From assembly GCA_050575255.1 (NCBI GenBank), contig JBNZDD010013520.1, positions 787,751-851,750 of the forward strand: DNA of 64,000 bases, read 5' to 3'. The stretch comes from Harriotta raleighana. Lineage: Eukaryota. The notes beneath the pieces are model-generated. The model saw only the letters and a program-made list of their open reading frames with translations, did not search any database and was not told the origin of the DNA. Shown here piece by piece: positions 40,601 to 49,600 of this stretch. The position numbers and the translations under genes were made by a program. Position 1 is the stretch's first letter; the number at the start of each line of letters is the position of its first letter.

Positions 40601-43600
40601 GTGAGTGGACCATCTAATAGCTGCAAACGTTCTATACATGGCATTGAGAAGTTTCTCTGCGCAGAGAAAGTGCAGGCAATAGGGTAACCATTGCTGGGTT
40701 TAATAGTCTCTCCCTGTTCCTAAGAATAATGTCCTTGTCATTGCCTGATTCCTGTTCTGCCAGGTGCAACATTTGACATTTGAACGAGCGCAGGAACAAA
40801 TGCCGAGACTCATCTCTCAACATCACTTACTGCTGCTCCAGTCGGTTAATGGATTGTGTTACTTTCCTATCGTTGGCCAGCACTTCGCGAATCAACTGTA
40901 AGGCACTGGAAGACAGGTTGTTGGCGCTCCTCGAGAGACTTTCAATCTTATCTGCGTCTCTCTTGTGCCTGAGTAAACAAAAAGGGAAAGAAAAATAGAG
41001 AGTCCATGAATATCCAATTTGGAAATAAGCAAGAGTAGCCTGGTCATGTGGGGAGGATAGGTATAAGATTATAAAAGACCCAATTGTAGATACAAAGACT
41101 GCACTTACATGTCCGCTAGTCTACGAGCCTCATCTGCCAGGCTCACCAGGTTGCTGTCTCCTCCTGAAATATCAGGCAATGCCGGCTGTAGGAAAGAACA
41201 GGCGCATTTCATTGTAGTTAGCAATACACACATACACACAGAAATACACTTGATATTCATTTTATGAAAAGTACTGGTTTTAATTCGAATTTACATAATT
41301 CTACACAATCTTGATTTTAAAGGCAAGTTTGTCTCCCGTAGATTGTCGAGGTTCAAACTTTTAATAATAATAATAATTCTTGCATTAGAGATAGAGCTTT
41401 TCATGTTGCAAAGATATTGCAAAGGACTTTACAGGATTTACTGTAAAGAATAGTGTATTTGTAGGCAACCAATTTGCCTACAGCAATGTATCATACACAG
41501 CTATGAAGTGAATGACCACTTTTTTAAAATAAATTGGACACATGGAGAAACTCCTTTCTCTTTTCCATCAGAACATACAGACGGGATCTCGGTTTAATGT
41601 CTCATTAGAAGGACTTCACCTTCAACAATGCAGCACATCCCAGAATTGCATTGGAACGCCAACAGACTGTGATTCCAATATTGAACCCACGGGCTTCTAA
41701 CTCAGAAGTGGGAATGCTACGACTGAGCCAGGCTCACAGGCTGTTTAAGGTAAGTAAATATAAAAGGCACCGACTGGATACCTGTCCATAAAGTAATACT
41801 TCGATCAGTGAAGATGAACCTCGACAGGTTTGTGCTGACTTACTATGCGTGTCATTTCTGTCCTAGCTTTCAGGATCTCATTCCTGACTTGGGTAAGCAG
41901 CCGGTCTGTCCTGCGCACTTGGTCATCATACGTTATTGACGACCTTCTGGTCTCGTCGACAGTTCTCTTGACACCATCCAGACGCGCGCTGTTGCTGCTC
42001 AGCTGTCGGTTGATTGTGTTCAGGGATCTGACGTTTTTCTCATCATTCTCTGCAAAAAGGAACCACAGAACCCGTGATGTGACAGGACATGAAAGGTAGG
42101 TTAGGGATGGAAATGGAAGGGGATTGTTTTTAATGGGACAGTAGCTTTGGCTCAGAAAATAGTACACTGGGTGCAAGGTCCATCTCCTTCGGGCAACCCC
42201 ACATATGTCACACTTAACATTTTTCCCCATGAGAGGTGCCATTTTCAAGTACAATCTCCCCCCACACCATCCCCTGCCCACCATGCGTTCAAATTATGCG
42301 GCTTGAAGTGCACTTAGCTCCTGTTTCACCTTCAGAACCCACGGAGATATCAAGAAGCAAATACAGTACTTGCACAAGTCTAGGTAAATCCATGTGCGAT
42401 TGGTTGAAAAGTGTTTTCAGTCTTTTCTTAATGGAACATTTCTTCACTTAGAGCATAAATCAAGAAATATTCAATCAAGAAAATCTATTCAATTGTCCGA
42501 CCATGAAGATTGCCCACTGCTACTCCGTAGGTTTTGCGGGTTTCAAAAAGTTATTCTAAAACAGTTTGTTTCACTTCATGTGGGAATCTCACCTTTGACG
42601 TCTCCGGCTGCTAACACCATTTCAGACACGCCTTGCGATGCCTTCCTCATCCTCTCCTCAAAGTCCTTGTCAGAGACAGAGTCTGGATCTCCATTGACCT
42701 TTGAGATGAGGATTTCCAGCTCCCTCACTGTGATCTGGTGTTTTGCCACCTAAATAATAAAGGTTATTTATTGTTACAGCAATGTATACCTGTCAGCCTG
42801 CTACAGATATTAACACGCCCACGTCACAGTCGGATGGTTGTGGGTTGAATTGCCACATAATAATAATAATAATAATAATCATCCTTGTGTTTGATATAGC
42901 TCCTCATCACATCCATTGAGGCATCTCAAAGCGCTTCACCGGATATAGAGCAAAGTGAATTGACTATATTTTGTGGGCGAACCATGGCAGCTACAAAACA
43001 CACAAACCATTGTGGAGCATTATTAATAGTATTAACAATAATAATACCTTATTCAAGACTGCCTGGTAACAGCTGGGACATTCCTGGCAGCCCGTGGTGC
43101 TGTTGTAGTACCTGTCTCCCGCACACTGGTCACACTGAGGCCCAAACATCCCCGGCCGACAATCACATGTGCCGTCACCCCTGCATTGTGTGGACCAGGA
43201 ACCTCTTGGATCACAGCTGCATGCTGCAAAATGAAACACACACACACAGATTTTTATTGAACATCTGTTCCTTCTATCCATTTGTGGAGTCCTGTCGTAA
43301 ATTCATTAGAGCACTCGCCTCGCAAGCGAGAGGACCCGGGTTCCATTCTTGGGCAGGATGAAACCTTACTCTACAAGTTTCCTTACTCTACATGCCTCTG
43401 TTTACCAACCAGTAAGTAGGAACCCGGACATTAGACGATTGGAGGATCGCTTTCTGAGGATAACAATTGGCTGCTCCGTTTTGCAGACAAAAAGTCACTC
43501 CACAGTATATTTCTCAATGACATGATCATAGAATTTTACAGCACGAAAGGAGGCAATTCAGCACATTGTGTCTCTACCAGATCTATGAAAAGAGCTATTT

Positions 43601-46600
43601 AAAGTCAATCCTACTCCCCGGTTATCCCCAATTAACCCTGCAAACTTGTCCTCCCCAAATAACCATCTACCTCTCTTTAGGCCTCCACCACCCTTTCAAG
43701 CAATTCATTCCAGATTCAAACAACTCGCTGAGTGAAAAAAATTCTTCTCATCTCCCCTCTGCTTCTTTTAGAAATAATTTTAAATCTATGACAGACCCAC
43801 CAGTGGAAACAGTTTTTTCCTGTTTACCATATCGCATCTCCTCATGATTTTGAAAACCTCTCTTGGGTCTCCTCATAACCTTCTTTGCTCCAATGAGAAT
43901 AATCCTAGCCTCTCCAGCCATTCCTCATAACTGAAGTCCCTCATTCCTGGTACCATCCTGGTAAATCTCTTCTGCACCCTTTCCAATGCCTTAACAACCT
44001 TCCTGAAGTGTGGTGCCCAGAACTGAACACAGTACTCTAGCTGAGACCTAATCAGCATTTTATACAGGTAAATCATAACTTCTTGACTTTTGTACTCTAT
44101 GCCCCTATTTATAGAGTCTTAGTATCCGGTATGCTTTTTTAACAGCTGATGAGGCGCTGTATTAAATTAATCAAGAATTATTATTATTATTTTTTATTCT
44201 TACATTTGCACTTTTCAGACGGCTGCGAGTTGAGCGCGTTTCCGAGGAATCCATCTTTACATCTCTCGCAGTGGGGCCCGGTGGTGCCGTACAGGCATTT
44301 CAGGCACTCGCCGGTGTCCTGGTCACAGTTGCCTACGGAATTGGGGTCGGTGTTGCCATTGCACATGCAGGGCTGGCAGCGTCTCCCCGCCAGCGGTTTG
44401 CCAAAGTATCCCTCCTCGCACATCTCACACCGCAAGCCTGGGGTGGGGGGGGAGGGGGGGGAGAAATCATGCATGTTCAAGTACATTTGAAAAGGGAATA
44501 TTAGTCAAAACAACACAGGGCGATTTGTAGAGGCAAGTACAATTTTAAATAGGATTTGGAAAGTAATCCCAGAACAATGTGTTCAGATGCTGCCAGACAA
44601 TAGAACAAAAATACATAAGTTTAGAGTCGCAAAGGAACAATTTCAGGACAGATACCAGGAGGTATTTCTTAACCAGAGGATAATTGATGAATTGTCAGGA
44701 AGTGGGGGGTTGAGGCTAAGATACTGGACTTGTTTAAAACAAAGCTTGGCGTTCGGATGCAAAGACAGGAGGTTCTAGAAGGGAGAGATCAAGTTAGGCA
44801 AAGGGCCTTCCTCATCCACGCAGGCCTTGTGATCGAGTGATCCTGTGACCTGATTTGCAATGTCCTCACTGAGCCATCACAAGATCATAAGACACATCTG
44901 GGTTTAGATCTTATCCTTTCACATTCCCATACTATGTGCAGCTTTGGCAAAGCTCTCTGGGATACTGTCCTGTGGGAAGAGCGCTATATAAGGTCTCGGG
45001 AAATATCATCTCGGGATACAATACATAGTTTGGGACATGACATGTCAAACAACTGCCAGACTGGTGGAAGGAGAACGATATGGACTTTGGTGTTCTTTTG
45101 CCTAGCAAATTCTTAAATTGTTATAAATGCAAGTTGTTGTTGTTGGCAAGCCCGTCATTGAACACTGTAGGTTTAGAAAGAACTGTATGTTTAAAGAGAA
45201 TTGCAGACTGCACCAAAGTAGCAATTAACTAACCAGCCTTTCATTAGAGTGAGCCTTTCATGAGTAGAAATATCCTGCTGCTATTAGAAACATAGCTGTT
45301 GCTATGTCTGTTACTCCATCTCGCAGTCCCTCCGCCTTGCTTCCTCCTTTTCCTCCTTCGAGGCCGGTCTCAAGACCTTCCTCTTCGACCGCGCCTTTGG
45401 CTCCCCCCCCCTGACTCTTCCTCCTCTCCCACTTTCCTTCCCCCTCCCCCTATCCCCGTCCCTCCCTCCCGCTCAGGTCCCGACCTGACTGTTCAGCGCT
45501 TTGGGATGTCCTCCTGACGTGAAAGGCGCTATACAAGTGTAATTTTGTTGTTGTTGTTACTTTCAACCCTAATTGCAAGCCATTGCTCACCCCGAGAATG
45601 TGGACTCACCCATGGTTTTCTCGGGGCAGCTCGTACACACCACATCTCTGGTGCCCGGGGACACGGTGCAAGTCGCTCTGTTGGGGCAGGGGCACTTAAC
45701 ACAGCTACTGAGGTTGTCAGGATCAGTGTAGTAACCATTTGGACAGGTGACTGGGGCATCATCGCTGGAATAGCAGGAACCTAGGAGATGAACATGGACC
45801 AACATCTCATTAATTAAAGGCAAAGAAACTATCCTCACAGGAACTCAGGGCCTGGAGAGAGCTTGAACAGCATAAATTGTCCAGAGAACAACCTTGATGC
45901 AAATCTCATCACTTCCTGACACCGCCCCACCTCAGCTAACAGTTCTGTCATACTCTCTGATCACCTCCGCACCACCATCAGTGGCCATACCTTCAGCCAC
46001 CGCATCGCTGATTGCTGGAACTCTATGCTTCAATCCCTCCACGACTCCCCCTCTTTATCTATCTCTAAATTCCACTTTACGATTAAGACCTATCTCTTCA
46101 ACTGCACTTATGGTCTCCCCCCAACTCCCTCTTCTATCTTTCAGAGCCTCTAACCCCCTAACCTGTGCATCGCTCTGATACCTTGTGCTTTATAAATGCA
46201 ACTCATTGAGCACCACAAGAGTTTGCAATGTTTCCTAGAGCAGTTAGACCATAAATTCTCCCTCCTCAGTTCCTTAGCTACTTTCAAACCCTTTAAGTAT
46301 ATGTTACAATGGTGTGAAGCAGTAGATGGACTTAAATCCTCTTTCCTTCCTCTATGCTTTCTCCCCCCTACCTACTTCTTCCCCCACATGTACCCAACAC
46401 AAACCCATACCTGTAGGATTATGCTTCCCCTTTGATTAGGTAACTCACCTGTTTCTGGATCACAGGCGCTACTGTGGCCATTGCAGTTGCATCGGACGCA
46501 CTCGCTGTATGGTCCCAGCTCGGGCCGGTGCCTGGTGTAGCCAGTCGCACATTGCTCGCAGAATCTCCCCTCATAGCCAACTGGGCAAGTGCACCTCTCC

Positions 46601-49600
46601 ACCCACTCAGCAGGACGCTGTCCAGCACCAGCCTGGGCTGTGTGAAGGACAACATCATCCAGGTGTCCGCGGGCTGTCAGTGAAAGACATCGGGGTTACT
46701 TGTGGTACTGAACAAGTATTACTGTGGACCAATGGTTGAAAGAAATAGGTTCAAGGCCTGCAGATGTGATCTTTCCTGTATCCCATTCTGATCATGGGAA
46801 TTTCCATTACAGACAAAAGAATTTCCACATGAAGTCGCCTAAAAATAATAATAATGCTTGCATTTGATATAGCGCCTTTCACACCTTCTAGACATTTCAG
46901 TGTCTTGGGACGTCCTCCTGATGTGAAAGGTGCTCTAGAAATATAATTTTGTTTTGTTGTTGTTTCAAAGTGCTTCACAGAACATACTGTAAAGTGAATT
47001 GACCATATATTTTTAGGGCAAAAACACAGCAGCATTTCATATAACAGTGTCTTGGAAACAGTCGTGGATTGAGTGACAAAAGTTTTTAAAAATTTGTGGG
47101 ATTATTATTGGGTGTGTAGAGTAAGAAACTTGCCCAAAGTTTCACCCTGCTGGGGCTTGAAGCCAGGTCACTCGTTTGCAAGGTGACTGCTCTAACTACT
47201 GAGTTACAGGAAAATCCAGAGGAGAAACAAGACAAAATGGAACATCCAGTGGAAAAAAACCCCAAGAAATTAGAAATCCAGTGGGAAAAGAAGAGGAAAT
47301 GGGAAATCCAGAGGAGAAAAACAAGAAGAAATCAGAAATCTTGTGGATTGCATGGAACTCTCACTTTCAAGCATGTTGATGGGTCTCCGTGTAATAATAA
47401 TAATAACAATAATCCTTGCATTTGATGTAGTGCTTTTCACATCTTATCGACTTCTCAAAGCTCTTCACAGAATGTACTGTAAAGTGAATTAATTATTTGT
47501 GTATCGGGTAAGATATTCCATCTTAAATCTAAAGACCATAAACGATAGCTACTGCCTTGGAGTACTGGGTTTCTGGAGACAGTTTAAGCACGAGCAGAGA
47601 GTTCAATTCTCTAGGGGAGATCGGCATTCCAGCCAAGGGGACAGATCAGACTGAACTTTGACCCACACTTACTATGTGGCTTATATGAGCCTCGTATTTT
47701 GATGGCCTTGAGACCAGCAAGGACCCTCTGGAAATCTTTGGATGTGAGAAAAGGCTTCCATCCATACATCAATGCCTCGTGGAGCCTGGAAAACAGGATA
47801 ATTATCAATATTTTCACCCACTGAAATTTTCACTCAAGTGGAGTAACCAAAACAGAACACAATACTCTAACTTGATACTCTAAATAGGCTCTTTTCAGAT
47901 ATCCCTACCAACACAATACTGCCCTGTGTTGTACCACATTAATTCATCCTGTTGTGCTAGAAGCAGGATGCATAAACGTGAGCACTGAATTAAACTGTTT
48001 AATCCCTTCAACAGCCCACTCAACACCCTCCTTTCCTGCCTCTCCTGTTCCTCAGCCTTCAAAACTGGAGAATGGTGATGAGAATCTTTGTTCTCGTTAC
48101 CTGAATTTGTAGACCTGTTTCTTGGTGTTGGGGAGAGGGTTATTTTGTACTGTGATGGGGGCACTCAGTGTCTGGGTTTCTCCTTCCAGGATCAAATCCT
48201 CCACCGATGGGTAAGGTTCATTTCTTTCCACATAGAATGTGAAGGAGAGGTTCTGACCGTAGCTCAACACACGATTCCCTGTAAATTTGGCTGAAAAATA
48301 CAGTAAAAAGCAACATGTGGTGAGGAACATTGCTTGGGTTCCCATTTTATCCATCATTTAAAACCGATATTTAGAGTGAATATTCAGATTTGATAGGATC
48401 CTATAACAATGCAAGCTCTTTATCACTTACCTGGGGCGACGAAGTACACTGGGAATTGATCCTTGGCCTCAATGATAATGTCTTGAGAGGATGAGGATCT
48501 CCTGAGGGGGAGATCATACCCATTGCGATGCTGTGCCTTCCACCCTTCAATACCTGTCACAAAAATAAGACAATCAGGCACAATACTCTTTGGAATAATG
48601 GAGATTGACAAGCAGTTGCCTCATTGAGTCTCCACCAGTTCTCAGAGCAAGCTACACTTTCAATCCTACTTGCCCTGCCTCTTCCCCATACCACCCCAAG
48701 CCTCTGACTTATTTGCAATAATCCATCTAGCCGATAATGTACCAATATCCCAGAATTTAATCTTGAACCGAGGGATCAAACCATCGAATTGGGAAATGTT
48801 TACCCCTGACTGTTTAAGATAATCTCAAGTCCATCGCCATTTGAGGCCCTGCTGACATACCTGAGCCAAATGCGGACGTGATGCAGTCTCTGCTGTATCC
48901 GGAGTCTGCCTTGCAGATTGATGAATGTCCATAGCAGAAGCACGCTGAGCAGCCCATGGGGTTTTCTGCATCGAGGTTGAAGTGGCCTGACTTGCAACTG
49001 CGGAAGAGAACCAGACAACAGGCGTAAGAAACAAACAAAAAAAAATCCCTTTTATTCTCTCCTCTCCTGAACTCACTCTCCGAGACTTGGGTGAGTTACA
49101 AGCTTTTGCCTCTGCTTGAATGGTAATTGTTCCTGTGAGATCGACCCTAGCAGGACAATGGGTGTCATTGTGCTGAGTGACCACAGGGGGGCACCAGAGT
49201 GGAACACAAACCTTCCAGCTGGAGNAATTGTTCCTGTGAGATCGACCCTAGAGTGACCACAGGGGGGCACCAGAGTGGAACACAAACCTTCCAGCTGGAG
49301 GCGTTCAGTGGCTGAGTTTAGCACTTTGAGAACTACAGAAAACTGACTTCTAAATTAAGACTAAATTAAAGTCAAGAATTTTAAAAGTTACACTCGCCTC
49401 ACAAGCGCGAGGACTTAAGTTCGATTCTGGGCAGGGTGAAACCTTTGTCACGCCTCTGTTTATTTAGCAGTAAATAGGACCCGATTGTTAGTCGATTGGT
49501 GGATCGTTGTCCAAGGGTAATAATCTCACAACCAATTAAATTGGTCACTCAAACCATGGCCCTTTGTGGGACATTGCCGTGCTCAACTGACTGCCGAGTT

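Noticed and set aside
43284-43360. tRNA-Ala-like sequence (also at 2966, 30397, 61392)
   Set aside because: Each continues into a SINE body and has a disrupted cloverleaf; these are SINE heads, not tRNA genes.
35145-47348. Short repeat arrays (35145-35206 and 47210-47348) as CRISPR-like arrays
   Set aside because: Eukaryotic intronic tandem repeats with no unique spacers and no cas genes.
49176-49310. CTCF-like motifs CCACAGGGGGGCACC and CCAGCTGGAGGCGT
   Set aside because: Each has two mismatches in core positions and the apparent repetition is an assembly duplication; unsupported without ChIP data.
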